The notes beneath the pieces are model-generated. The model saw nothing but the letters and a program-made list of their open reading frames with translations. It did not search any database and had not been told where the DNA came from. A stretch of 64,000 nucleotides of DNA from assembly GCA_964393205.1 (NCBI GenBank), contig CAYMSV010000001.1, positions 103,440 to 167,439 of the forward strand. The letters are read 5' to 3'. Both the position numbers and the translations under genes were made by a program. Source of the stretch: an uncultured Pseudomonadales bacterium (GTDB lineage: Bacteria; Patescibacteriota; Microgenomatia; UBA1400; PJMF01). Positions 9,360-19,071 of this stretch are shown here, piece after piece (within the stretch, counting starts at the first letter, position 1; every line of letters begins with the position of its first letter).

Positions 9360-10051
9360 CCACCCATATTCATACCAAAGTTTTTTTCGCTACCCATAGC
9401 ATCGTGAACATTTTTGCTATTTTTAAAGCTAAAAGCGCTGCCTCTTCCCTGTTTTCCCTTACCAGCAACCTGTGATTTCCAAGTTGGAGCGCTATGAATT
9501 TGTTTACGTAGAAGCATAATCAGTTCGCGTAATTTATGAAAAAAGTTAAAAAAACCAATACCACTGGTGCCGGGATCTACTACTTCTCTAGTAAGTGCTA
9601 AATCAATTTCTTTGTCTAAATTTTTAACGTCTTGAGCCAACAATTTTAATTCTTCTCTAGTAGCTTTTAATTCTTCTAGATTTTTTTCAGCTTGAGCAGA
9701 AAAAATTTCATGAGTTTCAACAGGATTAACACGATCGTGGAATTTTTGACGTAAAGCTTCTTTCTTTTGTTGAGCAAGTAACTCTGCTTGTTTTTTTAGG
9801 GAAAGATGTTCATTTTCTTGAGGAGAAAATTCTCCACCAGCTTGACTTAAAGCTTGGGCAAAAGGATTTAATTGTTGTTTTTTATCTTGCTTAGCGTTTG
9901 CCGCAGGCGAACTACCCGGATTTTTTTCGCTCTCCAGAAGAGCTCTAGCGAGAGATTGATTTCGCTGAGCCATTGTTTTGCTGCCAGCGGACTTGGTATT
10001 ATTTTGATTCAAGTTATTCATGATTGTAGCGTGATTAAAAAAAAAGGACAA
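9356..10051 (-). CDS. Hypothetical coiled-coil protein (231 aa), Q/K-rich
   Basis: ORF with 4-nt convergent overlap with the 190-aa ORF; low-complexity N-terminus, central coiled coil; no domain recognised. Confidence 0.45.
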   Translation of the reverse strand: MSFFFNHATIMNNLNQNNTKSAGSKTMAQRNQSLARALLESEKNPGSSPAANAKQDKKQQLNPFAQALSQAGGEFSPQENEHLSLKKQAELLAQQKKEALRQKFHDRVNPVETHEIFSAQAEKNLEELKATREELKLLAQDVKNLDKEIDLALTREVVDPGTSGIGFFNFFHKLRELIMLLRKQIHSAPTWKSQVAGKGKQGRGSAFSFKNSKNVHDAMGSEKNFGMNMGG

Positions 10052-10149
10052 GAAATATTAATTTTTAATCAATTTTGGAGTATATATTATAAGATCAAAG
10101 TAGCACAAAGTCAAATTTTACCTCTGGAAAAGTGTTAATAAAGAACTTA

Positions 10150-11169
10150 TTAATTCTTTAATAAACTTTCAATTGTTTGTCGGCGCAGTAATTGAGCCTT
10201 GAAACTACTGAGATACTGTTCATGATTGCTGATTTGTTCTCGGAGCTTTTCATCTTCAATGGAATCTAAGGCTTTTTTGAGAGCACTATCCTCCACTTTT
10301 ATTTTTCGATCTTTAGCGATGGCTGCTAAGATAAAATCAATTTGTAGGCGGTTGAGCACGGTTCCAGCCAATTCATTACTTAACTCTTCAAGACTAATCT
10401 GTCTTTTTTTCAAGTAATCTTCAATAGAAATTTTATAGGAACTTAATTGTTCTTTGAGCTTTTCAAATTCAGCTTGAGTTTCACGACGCAGTAGCAACTC
10501 ACCAATGCTTGGACGGATGTTAACTACCAATTCTCGTAAAATATGTTGATAATAGATTTCTTTTTCTTGATCAGGAGATAGTTTTTGAGCTTGAGGCTTT
10601 TGCTCTTTATCTTTGTTTTGAGTTTTTGTAGCCTTTTTTGTAGTTTCTTTTTTGCTTTTATCGTTTTGTTCTTTGATAAATTTAGCAGCGGCTTTTCTGC
10701 CAGTAGCTAGATATTTTTCGTAGTCTTTTAGATCGATTTTAGGAGCTTCACAAAAATGAGCTTCTAGAACCCAATCTTCGCCTTTTTTGATCGATACTAA
10801 GTGATATTCAGGAGCAGTGACAGGTTGTTTTTTGGTAGTTTCAAGGGCTGCTATATATTTTTTTGGTAAAAGATCACGTAGAACTGTTTCTGCAATTTTT
10901 TCTAAGGAAACTTGTTTTTCGACAATATCTAAAGGTACTTTTCCTTGGCGAAAACCCTCAATTTTCACACTTTTTGCCAAATTAGCTATAGCTGAACGAT
11001 AGGGTTTTTCTAGTTCTGACCAAGGAATGCTGATGCGTAGGCTATCATTGCTAGCAATTAGTGATTTTTTTTCTTGTTTTTGTGTAGTCTTTGTTTTTGG
11101 AGCAGACTTAGTTTTGTCTGAAGTTTTTGTTTTAGAATTGGTTTTTTTCTTAGTTTGTGTTTTTGCCAT
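10150..11169 (-). CDS. tig: Trigger factor, short form (ribosome-binding N-domain + C-domain, apparently no PPIase domain) with a Lys/Thr-rich N-terminal extension
   Basis: GFRQGKVPLDIVEKQ signature of TF N-domain; C-terminal arm-domain-like helices; 339 aa vs ~430; first ~50 aa are KTKT-rich. Confidence 0.7.
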   Translation of the reverse strand: MAKTQTKKKTNSKTKTSDKTKSAPKTKTTQKQEKKSLIASNDSLRISIPWSELEKPYRSAIANLAKSVKIEGFRQGKVPLDIVEKQVSLEKIAETVLRDLLPKKYIAALETTKKQPVTAPEYHLVSIKKGEDWVLEAHFCEAPKIDLKDYEKYLATGRKAAAKFIKEQNDKSKKETTKKATKTQNKDKEQKPQAQKLSPDQEKEIYYQHILRELVVNIRPSIGELLLRRETQAEFEKLKEQLSSYKISIEDYLKKRQISLEELSNELAGTVLNRLQIDFILAAIAKDRKIKVEDSALKKALDSIEDEKLREQISNHEQYLSSFKAQLLRRQTIESLLKN

Positions 11170-11396
11170 AGGTGTGCATTATACCTTATGACTCAAACTC
11201 TGATTAGGGTCGCTATTGGACAAGATCTAAAAAAGCATGTAAACAAAGGGACTGACTGGAGAGGTGGTTGAGAAGATAACTAAAAAGCCAAAAATAATAA
11301 AAATGATGACTGGAGGAATTAACCACCAGTTGCGTTTTTGCCAGAGATATTCGAGTAGTTCTTTAAACATAATAATTGTCCTTTTATTTTTTAAAT

Positions 11397-13100
11397 CTAT
11401 TTACTCACAATATATTGGTCAATCACCAAATGATCAATATCAGTTTGCAAAAAGCAATTAATAGCATCTTGTGGAGTACAAACTATAGGTTCACCCCGCA
11501 CATTAAAAGAGGTATTGATAAAAGTGGGAATACCCGTTTTTTTAAAGTAAGCTTCTAAAAGATCATAATAAAGGGGGTTGTCATTGCGAGCGAGTGTTTC
11601 TGGACGACCACTACCATCTACGTGAACAACGGCGGGCACTAGTTTTTTAGCTTTTTCTTTAAAAGGATGAACGGTGAGCATCCATTTTAATGAAGGAGAG
11701 AAATATTTGTCCATGTGGAAATATTTATTGGCTTCAGACTCAATAATAACTGGTGCAAATGGTCTAAATAGCTCTCTTTTTTTAACTTTTGCGTTGATGA
11801 TATCTCTCATTTCCTCAGTTTTAGCACTAGCTAAAATACTTCGATTACCAAGGGCGCGAGGCCCCCATTCCACAGGACCTTGAAACCAGCCAATAACTTT
11901 TTGTTGAATAATTAAATCACTGACTTGCTTAATTAACTCTTTTTCTTTGCTAATTAACTGATATTTTAATCCTGCTTTTTTTAGAGCGTGCTCAACCTGA
12001 TACCAGGAATAACTCGGGCCAAGGTAAGGATGAAAATCACGATTATTTTTAGCGACTTTTTCGCCTAAGCTAGCTGCCAACTCTAAAGCTGCTCCCATGG
12101 CTCCACCACCATCACCTGGATCTGGTGGGATAAAGAATTTTTTAAAACTAGTGTTTTGTAAAATTTTGCCATTCATAACTGAATTTAGCGCAACGCCACC
12201 AGCCAAACATAAATTTTGAGTTTTATATTTTTTTTGTACTTGATTGAGTAAATTAAAAATTACTTCTTGTAATTTATTTTGTAGCGCGGCAGCAATATCT
12301 TCATGATGCTTGAAAATTTTTGCTTCTTTTTGACGAATTGGATGGCCAAATAAATCGATTAGTTTTTTACTAGGCATTTGTTCTCGCCAGACGAAATCAA
12401 AAAATTTCATGTTTAATTTAAAACTACCATCAGGAAAAACTTTAATAATTTGATCAAAATGTTTTTTAAAAGGTTTTGGATCTCCGTAAGAAGCTAGGCC
12501 CATGACCTTGTATTCAGCGTCATTAGCTTCAAAACCCAAATAGGTAGTAAAGGTGCTATAAAGCAAACCCAATGAGTCTGGAAAATGTAGTTCTTTATCC
12601 AGCCTGATTTTATTATTTTCCCCGAGTCCAATGCTGGTAGTGGTCCACTCACCTACCCCGTCAATATTGACTATAGCTGCTTTTTTAAAGCCAGATAAAT
12701 AATAGGAACTAGCAGCGTGAGAAAGATGATGGTTGATATAGCGGATTGGTCCGTGGTAATTAAGCTCTTCTTTAAAAGTTTTATTCAGATTGAGTCTTTC
12801 ATTAAACCAGGGGGCCATATATTTGATAAACTGACCAAGGCTTTTGGGAAAATATTCAAGATGTTGACTAATAACTCTCTCAAATTTAACTAGAGGTTTT
12901 TCATAAAAAGCTACAGAGTCAATTTCTTTGGCAGCTATACCTATTTTTTTTAAACAAAAATCAATGGCTAGTTTTGGAAAGCGGTTATCATGTTTTATTC
13001 TAGAAAAGCGCTCTTCTGCAGCCGCAGCAATGATTTTGCCATCTTTAATTAGACAAGCTGCGCTATCGTGATAGTAGCAAGAGATACCTAAAATAATCAT
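11397..13100 (-). CDS. Carbamoyltransferase, NodU/CmcH/TobZ family
   Basis: MIILGISCYYHDSAACLIKDGKIIAAAAEERFSRIKHD... (ASKHA-like N-domain) and C-terminal YrdC-like/Kae1-like carbamoyltransferase region; 567 aa typical for the family. Confidence 0.85.
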   Translation of the reverse strand: MIILGISCYYHDSAACLIKDGKIIAAAAEERFSRIKHDNRFPKLAIDFCLKKIGIAAKEIDSVAFYEKPLVKFERVISQHLEYFPKSLGQFIKYMAPWFNERLNLNKTFKEELNYHGPIRYINHHLSHAASSYYLSGFKKAAIVNIDGVGEWTTTSIGLGENNKIRLDKELHFPDSLGLLYSTFTTYLGFEANDAEYKVMGLASYGDPKPFKKHFDQIIKVFPDGSFKLNMKFFDFVWREQMPSKKLIDLFGHPIRQKEAKIFKHHEDIAAALQNKLQEVIFNLLNQVQKKYKTQNLCLAGGVALNSVMNGKILQNTSFKKFFIPPDPGDGGGAMGAALELAASLGEKVAKNNRDFHPYLGPSYSWYQVEHALKKAGLKYQLISKEKELIKQVSDLIIQQKVIGWFQGPVEWGPRALGNRSILASAKTEEMRDIINAKVKKRELFRPFAPVIIESEANKYFHMDKYFSPSLKWMLTVHPFKEKAKKLVPAVVHVDGSGRPETLARNDNPLYYDLLEAYFKKTGIPTFINTSFNVRGEPIVCTPQDAINCFLQTDIDHLVIDQYIVSK

Positions 13101-13324
13101 TAGTACATTTTTTCTAAACTGGCTTGAGTATTACTCTTAATTTCAATCTTTTGCCAGTTACTATTTTTATGTTTTTTATTTAAAAATTTTTTGCCAACAA
13201 TCTTAGCTATCACAGCACTCAAACCAATGCCCAAAAAATAAATAACAATGAGAGTAAATTGAGTAAATTTTTTCTCAACAAATTTTCGCCAATTTGTAAA
13301 AAACTTAGTAATTTTATTTTTCAT
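13100..13324 (-). CDS. Small membrane protein (74 aa), hypothetical
   Basis: Single TM helix (FTLIVIYFLGIGLSAVIA); stop overlaps carbamoyltransferase start (translationally coupled arrangement). Confidence 0.4.
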   Translation of the reverse strand: MKNKITKFFTNWRKFVEKKFTQFTLIVIYFLGIGLSAVIAKIVGKKFLNKKHKNSNWQKIEIKSNTQASLEKMY

Positions 13325-13339
13325 GTTTTTTTAATTAAA

Positions 13340-14389
13340 TTAGATTAGAGCCAATTGCTCCATTAAACGAGAAGTATAGCCCCACTCGTTGTCATACCAG
13401 GCTATGATTTTTAATAGATTATTGTCGATGAGTTGAATTAGTGGTAAGTCTACCACGGCACTATATTCACAGCCAATAAAATCACTTGAAACTAGAGGTT
13501 CGCTACTAACTGCTAGAATGTTTTTGTATGCTCCTTGAGCAGCCTCGATAAAAGTCTTTTTTACTTCTTCAACTGTGGTGTTTTTACCTAGGATAAAGGT
13601 GATATCAGCTAGTGAAACAGTTGGAGTTGGGACTCGAATAGCTAAGCCATCAAATTTATTTTTCAAAGCAGGAATGATATCGGCAGTTGCTTTAGCGGCG
13701 CCAGTTGAAGTAGGCACCAAATTTAGTGCTGCTGCTCGAGCACGGCGAAGATCTTTTTTATGAGAATTGTCATGCAAGTTCTGATCGCTAGTATAAGAAT
13801 GAATGGTGGTTAAGATAGCTTTCTCAACACCAAAAGTATCTTGGATAATTTTAACGACTGGCGCAACACAATTAGTGGTACAAGACGCATTGGAAAAAAT
13901 ATTTTTATTTAGATCCAGTTGATTAATGCCAATCACTCCAGTGCTAATCAGTTTATCTGGATCTTCTTTTCCGGGGGCAGACAGCAAAACTTTTTTAGCT
14001 CCGGCTTTTAAATGTAAACCAGCTTGTTTAGCTTTGTTAAAAGCACCAGTTGATTCAAGGACGCTATATACTTCATATTTTTCCCAAGGGATTTTAGCAG
14101 GATCGCGTTCAGCAGTGATGAGAATCTTGTGCTCGCCCACCACAATGTATCCTAATTCTATTTCTCCTTCAGCCAATTCTTTGACTTTTTTTTGTTCTTC
14201 AAAGGAAATGGGTTCTTGAAAAGTGCCATAAACGCTATCATATTTGAGTAATCTCACCCAGCCCTCCAAATCCATGGAACCAGAGGTATTAATGACTTTT
14301 AAATTTAGAGTTTGGCGATGTTTTTCAAACCAAACTCGAAAGGCTAAGCGACCAATGCGACCAAGGCCGTTGATGGCAAAATTTTTCAT
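13340..14389 (-). CDS. gap: Glyceraldehyde-3-phosphate dehydrogenase
   Basis: NGLGRIGR Rossmann motif, catalytic SCTTNC, C-terminal WYDNEWGY. Confidence 0.95.
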   Translation of the reverse strand: MKNFAINGLGRIGRLAFRVWFEKHRQTLNLKVINTSGSMDLEGWVRLLKYDSVYGTFQEPISFEEQKKVKELAEGEIELGYIVVGEHKILITAERDPAKIPWEKYEVYSVLESTGAFNKAKQAGLHLKAGAKKVLLSAPGKEDPDKLISTGVIGINQLDLNKNIFSNASCTTNCVAPVVKIIQDTFGVEKAILTTIHSYTSDQNLHDNSHKKDLRRARAAALNLVPTSTGAAKATADIIPALKNKFDGLAIRVPTPTVSLADITFILGKNTTVEEVKKTFIEAAQGAYKNILAVSSEPLVSSDFIGCEYSAVVDLPLIQLIDNNLLKIIAWYDNEWGYTSRLMEQLALI

Positions 14390-14428
14390 AGGCAGTTTCC
14401 TTTTTAATATTTCACAGATTTTAATTAA

Positions 14429-15169
14429 TTAAGCTAGTTCTGTTTCTACATCATTGGCTAGATAAGTACCAACATCTTCTCCATCAATTGCTTTTTTTAA
14501 ATCATGTTCATTGAAGAGATTAAAAACCATGATTGGCATGTCGTTTTCTTTGCACATTGCCAAAGCACCAGTGTCCATAATTTGAATTTCGTCTTTCTCA
14601 ATAGCATCTTTAAAAGTCATGGTTTTTAGACGTTTAGCATCTGGAAATTTCATTGGGTCACGTTCATAAATACCATTAACTTTAGTGGCTTTCATTAAAA
14701 CATCACAGTGTAGTTCTAGAGCGTGCAGAGCAGCGCCAGAATCAGTAGTAACATAAGGCATACCTGTGCCAGCCACTAAGATTAAAATTCTGCCTTTTTC
14801 TAAATGACGAATAGCTTTGTTACGAATAAAACTCTCGCTAACAGCAGGCATAGTAAGTGCAGATTGAGTTCTGACCGCTACACCAACTTTTCTTAGAGCA
14901 TCTTGGAGTGCTAAGCCATTCATCACGGTAGCCAACATTCCCATGTAGTCGGCTGTCGCTCGGTCAATACCGTTTTTTGAGGCAGCTAGACCGCGAAAAA
15001 TATTGCCGCCACCAATAACAATGACAATTTCAATTTCTTTATCAACAATGGTTTTTATTTTTTCTGCCATGATCAATACAGCTTTAGGATCAATACCAAA
15101 CTCTCTATCTCCAAGTAGCGATTCTCCGCCAATTTTGAGCATGATTCGCTTAAAACGTTTTTGTCCCAT
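14429..15169 (-). CDS. pyrH: UMP kinase
   Basis: MLKIGGESL...GGGNIFRG...amino-acid-kinase fold motifs; 246 aa. Confidence 0.9.
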   Translation of the reverse strand: MGQKRFKRIMLKIGGESLLGDREFGIDPKAVLIMAEKIKTIVDKEIEIVIVIGGGNIFRGLAASKNGIDRATADYMGMLATVMNGLALQDALRKVGVAVRTQSALTMPAVSESFIRNKAIRHLEKGRILILVAGTGMPYVTTDSGAALHALELHCDVLMKATKVNGIYERDPMKFPDAKRLKTMTFKDAIEKDEIQIMDTGALAMCKENDMPIMVFNLFNEHDLKKAIDGEDVGTYLANDVETELA

Positions 15170-15190
15170 AGTTATTTCCTTTTCTTTTAT

Positions 15191-16225
15191 TTATAGCTTA
15201 ATAAATTTTTTTTTCAAACGCAAGAATTTCCATCGCCAATCTTCAGCCAAGGCGTAGAGTTTATAGGTTGGATAGTTGTACACGAGATCATAAGTACCAA
15301 TATGCTCAATGAGTTGACCGCCATAACTTTTTTTAAAACGATGAAAACCAAACCAAGGATCTTTTGGATCAGGATTTGGTCCGAGCGCACCCCACAAGTC
15401 AAAAAGTTGACAATTATGTTTTTGGCCAAAACGAATGGCTTCCCACATCATCAAGTTGCTAGCCATAACTTCTCGATGTTGACTACTAGAAGCTCCATAG
15501 GGGTAATAAAGAACATCGTTAAAGGTGAAAAGAATCCAAGTGACAATTACCTGATTTTCATAAGTTGCTTTTAAAATATGCATGATATTGCTGTCTTTAA
15601 AAACCTGCCACATTTGGCGAAAGTAATCTGGTGTATGAGCATAAAATGCTTGTCGACTGGTGGTTTCGTTTAAAACTTTCAAATAATCTTCTAAACCTTT
15701 TTCACTACTATCTTCAAAAACTGTCACTCCTTTTTTCATTGCCAAACGAGTGTTATAACGAGTTTTGCTAGTCATATTACTCATTAGTTTATCTTCAGAA
15801 AGAGTAAGATCGATTTGAAAAGTATAGGGTGTAAAAAGGGATCGACCCTCTTCTACCTGATAATTCTTTAAAAAATTAACAGTTTTATGTTCGTCATGGC
15901 TTTGTTCTAAACTCTTAAGTACAGCTGGTTCTAATTTAATAAAAATAGCTTTGTGCTTATTGGCTAGTTGCTCTAGTGTGGCAACCTGATCTTTATCTGG
16001 ATCAAAGCCCTTGGGGAAATAGCCGACCGTTTTGTTTAAAAGAGGCAGTTCGTGAAAAGTGATGGTCATCGCTTTTTTAAGCTGACCATTATTAAAAAAG
16101 CCAATTCTTTCAACTTTTTGTCCAGTTTTTTTGCGAAACTCACCCCACTCATAGGATTGGATAGGATGATTAACACAGCGATTATATATTTCTTGTTCTT
16201 CTGGACGAATGTCGCGAATTAGCAT
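15191..16225 (-). CDS. FemAB-family peptidoglycan interpeptide-bridge aminoacyltransferase (FemX-like)
   Basis: Family-typical segments (NTRLAMKKGVTV..., ...YYPYGASSSQHRE..., ...LFDLWGA) and size (344 aa). Confidence 0.7.
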   Translation of the reverse strand: MLIRDIRPEEQEIYNRCVNHPIQSYEWGEFRKKTGQKVERIGFFNNGQLKKAMTITFHELPLLNKTVGYFPKGFDPDKDQVATLEQLANKHKAIFIKLEPAVLKSLEQSHDEHKTVNFLKNYQVEEGRSLFTPYTFQIDLTLSEDKLMSNMTSKTRYNTRLAMKKGVTVFEDSSEKGLEDYLKVLNETTSRQAFYAHTPDYFRQMWQVFKDSNIMHILKATYENQVIVTWILFTFNDVLYYPYGASSSQHREVMASNLMMWEAIRFGQKHNCQLFDLWGALGPNPDPKDPWFGFHRFKKSYGGQLIEHIGTYDLVYNYPTYKLYALAEDWRWKFLRLKKKFIKL

Positions 16226-16277
16226 ATTTTATATTTCTTTATTATATGAGAAAAAACCGATCTTGTCAGTCAGGTCT

Positions 16278-18287
16278 TTAGCTTTTTAGAAATTCCTTTA
16301 CGTCAATGTCGTCTTTTAGTAATGCATCAAGTTGGTCCTCATCAATTATTAAGCGCCTTTTTTTCGAGCCTTTATTGAGGGATTTTTTCTTAGCTTTTCT
16401 GCCATAAAAAGATTGGTGTCGATTACTAATAGTTTCATCAAAATGACGATTGACGCTGATGAGCTTGCTACTAACTTCATCTAGAAAGCGACTAGGTAAA
16501 TTTTGTTGTTGGTTACCAAAAGTATAACGATTACGAGCATAGCTAAAAAACAATTGTTGTTTAGCTCTAGTGATACCAACGTAACACAGTCGTCTCTCCT
16601 CTTCTAAGTCTTCTTCACTAAGCATTGAGCGATTGTGAGGCAACAGGCCTTCTTCCATACCAACCATAAAAACTATTTCAAATTCTAACCCTTTGGCTGA
16701 ATGTAGGCTCATTAAACTGATGCCGGTATTTTTAGTGCCAGTTTTTTGTTCTAGTAGGTAACCGTCTTGAACAAGAGCTACATTTTCTAAAAAATATTGG
16801 CTATTTTCAAATTGACTGGCAACGCTCAACAACTCTTCTATATTATCTAGTCGGCTTTGATCCTCTGGGTCTTTTTTATTAAATTTGTCTAAGTAATGAG
16901 TGGCCTCTAAAATTCCTTGTAGAGCTAAAGAGGGATTGTCTAAAATCTGATCCTCCACTTCTCGCAACCATTTTTGAAAATCCTTAAACCGCCTTTTACC
17001 AAGTTTAATGGTTCGAGTGAGACTGGGGCTATCAAGATCATTAAAACACAATCGCAAGTAAGCCAAAAGATCTTTAATTTCTTTACGCTGATAGAATTTG
17101 GTTCCACCTATTATTCGATAAGGAAGCTGACGGTGAATAAATGCTTCTTCGAAAGCTCGAGACTGAGCATTGGTTCGATATAAGATTGCTATTTGATCTA
17201 ATGAATTCAAAAACTTTTCATTAATAATTTGAGCAATTTTCGCTGCTTCTAATTCAGCATTATTTAATTCATAAAGTTGGATCTTTTGATCTTTTTCATC
17301 TTTTTGATCAGTCCATAGTTCTAGAATGGGGTGAAGTTGATTTTGTTGAATAATTTGAGTGGCCGCATCTAAGATATTTTGTGTAGATCGATAATTACGC
17401 TCTAAACGATACTCGGTAATATCGGGAAAATCCGAACTCAGTTGTTTGAGATTTTTATAATCTGCTCCTCTCCAGGCATAAATACTTTGAGAAAAATCAC
17501 CAACCACAAAAAGATTGTTTTGAGGTCTAGCCAATATTTTGCTTAGCAAATATTGAACCTTATTGGTGTCCTGATATTCATCTATCAAAACATGTTTAAA
17601 TTGTTCTTGATATCTTTGACGCACATCTTGGTTTTTTTTGAGTAGTTGGTAGGTTAAGATTAACAAGTCATCAAAATCAAGAGCATCCTCTGTTTTTAGA
17701 CGTTGTTCATAAATCTTATAAATTTTGCCAACAGTTTGTTTAAAAGAATTATTGGCATCAGTCATATAATTACTAGGACTAATCAATTGATTTTTAATTT
17801 GACTGATAATAGCTTTTGTAGTTGTAATTTTAAATTCTTGACGGTCGATGCCATTATTTTTATAAATGTTTTTGAAAAGGTTGATTTGATCTTGATCGTC
17901 ATAAATTGTAAATTGAGGACTAATTGATCTTCCAGCTACTTGCAATTGAGAATTTTTTTGAGTTTGTTTATTGGCTTCTAAACGAAGTATTTTGACACCT
18001 AAGCTGTGAAAAGTTCCAGAAAAAAGTAATTGCTGACCTGTATAGTTTAATACTCTTCTCTTCATTTCTGCAGCAGCCTTATTGGTAAAGGTCAGCAATA
18101 ATATTTCTTTTGCAGTGGCGAGCTTTTCTTGGATTAGATAGGCGGCGCGACTAGTCAAAACCCTAGTTTTACCACTACCAGCTCCCGCTAAAACGATAGC
18201 TGGTCCATTTTTGTGCAAAACAGCTTGACGTTGTTCTAAATTTAGTTGGTCAAGAAGAGTCTGGCTCTCGAACATAAGTCCAATCAT
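16278..18287 (-). CDS. pcrA: ATP-dependent DNA helicase, UvrD/PcrA/Rep family (SF1)
   Basis: Walker A GAGSGKTRVLTSR, motifs II (VLIDEYQDTN), III, V, VI (VGITRAKQQL); 669 aa. Confidence 0.85.
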   Translation of the reverse strand: MIGLMFESQTLLDQLNLEQRQAVLHKNGPAIVLAGAGSGKTRVLTSRAAYLIQEKLATAKEILLLTFTNKAAAEMKRRVLNYTGQQLLFSGTFHSLGVKILRLEANKQTQKNSQLQVAGRSISPQFTIYDDQDQINLFKNIYKNNGIDRQEFKITTTKAIISQIKNQLISPSNYMTDANNSFKQTVGKIYKIYEQRLKTEDALDFDDLLILTYQLLKKNQDVRQRYQEQFKHVLIDEYQDTNKVQYLLSKILARPQNNLFVVGDFSQSIYAWRGADYKNLKQLSSDFPDITEYRLERNYRSTQNILDAATQIIQQNQLHPILELWTDQKDEKDQKIQLYELNNAELEAAKIAQIINEKFLNSLDQIAILYRTNAQSRAFEEAFIHRQLPYRIIGGTKFYQRKEIKDLLAYLRLCFNDLDSPSLTRTIKLGKRRFKDFQKWLREVEDQILDNPSLALQGILEATHYLDKFNKKDPEDQSRLDNIEELLSVASQFENSQYFLENVALVQDGYLLEQKTGTKNTGISLMSLHSAKGLEFEIVFMVGMEEGLLPHNRSMLSEEDLEEERRLCYVGITRAKQQLFFSYARNRYTFGNQQQNLPSRFLDEVSSKLISVNRHFDETISNRHQSFYGRKAKKKSLNKGSKKRRLIIDEDQLDALLKDDIDVKEFLKS

Positions 18288-18309
18288 ATTAACATAAAAC
18301 TCGGCAGAA

Positions 18310-18338
18310 TTGCTTTGTCACTAGCTTTTGGCTAAAAT
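18310..18338 (+). promoter_or_regulatory. Sigma70-type promoter of tpiA (TTGCTT-17 nt-TAAAAT) placing the TSS at or within about 1 nt of the ATG (leaderless)
   Basis: TTGCTT 18310-18315, 17-nt spacer, TAAAAT 18333-18338, ATG at 18345 (6 nt after -10). Confidence 0.45.
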
Positions 18339-18344
18339 GAAATT

Positions 18345-19031
18345 ATGCAAAAAACTATTTTGCTTAATTGGAAGGCTAATAAAAATATTATTGAGGCTGA
18401 ATATTGGATTAATAATTTTCCCAAAGACTTGTTACTAAAACAGCAAAATATTAAATTACTACTTGCTCCACCTTATCCATTTTTAAGTCAAATGAAGCGC
18501 TTAATTGACCATCAACAATTGCCAATCTCTTTAGCAGTTCAAGATGTTAGTGCTTATGGTTCTGGAGCTTATACTGGTGAGGTTTCAGCAGAAAATTTAG
18601 AATTTTTAGGAGTGGAGGCAGCGATTATTGGTCACAGTGAACGACGACGCCTCTTTTGTGAAAGTTCTCAGTTAATAGTGGGCAAAGTACAACAAGCTAT
18701 CCAAGCTGGTTTGGAAGTAGTTTTATGCTTAGATGAAACAGATTTTCCAGAACAAGCTAAATTGCTTACCAAAACTGAAAGAGCTAAGATTAGTGTCGCT
18801 TATGAACCAGTAGCCGCCATTGGAACTGGTCAGGCTGTAAAAGCAATTTCGGTAAAAAATTTTTTTAAGAAACTTCGCCAATATTTTCCTCACAATTCTT
18901 TAATTTATGGAGGCAGTGTTAACGCTAATAATATCAATGATTTTTTAGCTGTTAGTGATGGGGTGCTGGTTTCTAGCGCAGCCTTAGAGTTAAGTGATTT
19001 ATCTGTTTTAATTCAAGCAATTGCTGATTAG
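18345..19031 (+). CDS. tpiA: Triose-phosphate isomerase
   Basis: IIGHSERR, catalytic E in AYEPVAAIGTG, GGSV C-terminal motif. Confidence 0.9.
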   Translation: MQKTILLNWKANKNIIEAEYWINNFPKDLLLKQQNIKLLLAPPYPFLSQMKRLIDHQQLPISLAVQDVSAYGSGAYTGEVSAENLEFLGVEAAIIGHSERRRLFCESSQLIVGKVQQAIQAGLEVVLCLDETDFPEQAKLLTKTERAKISVAYEPVAAIGTGQAVKAISVKNFFKKLRQYFPHNSLIYGGSVNANNINDFLAVSDGVLVSSAALELSDLSVLIQAIAD

Positions 19032-19071
19032 ACTTGCAAATTTGTACTATTTATATATATTCTGATAGATA

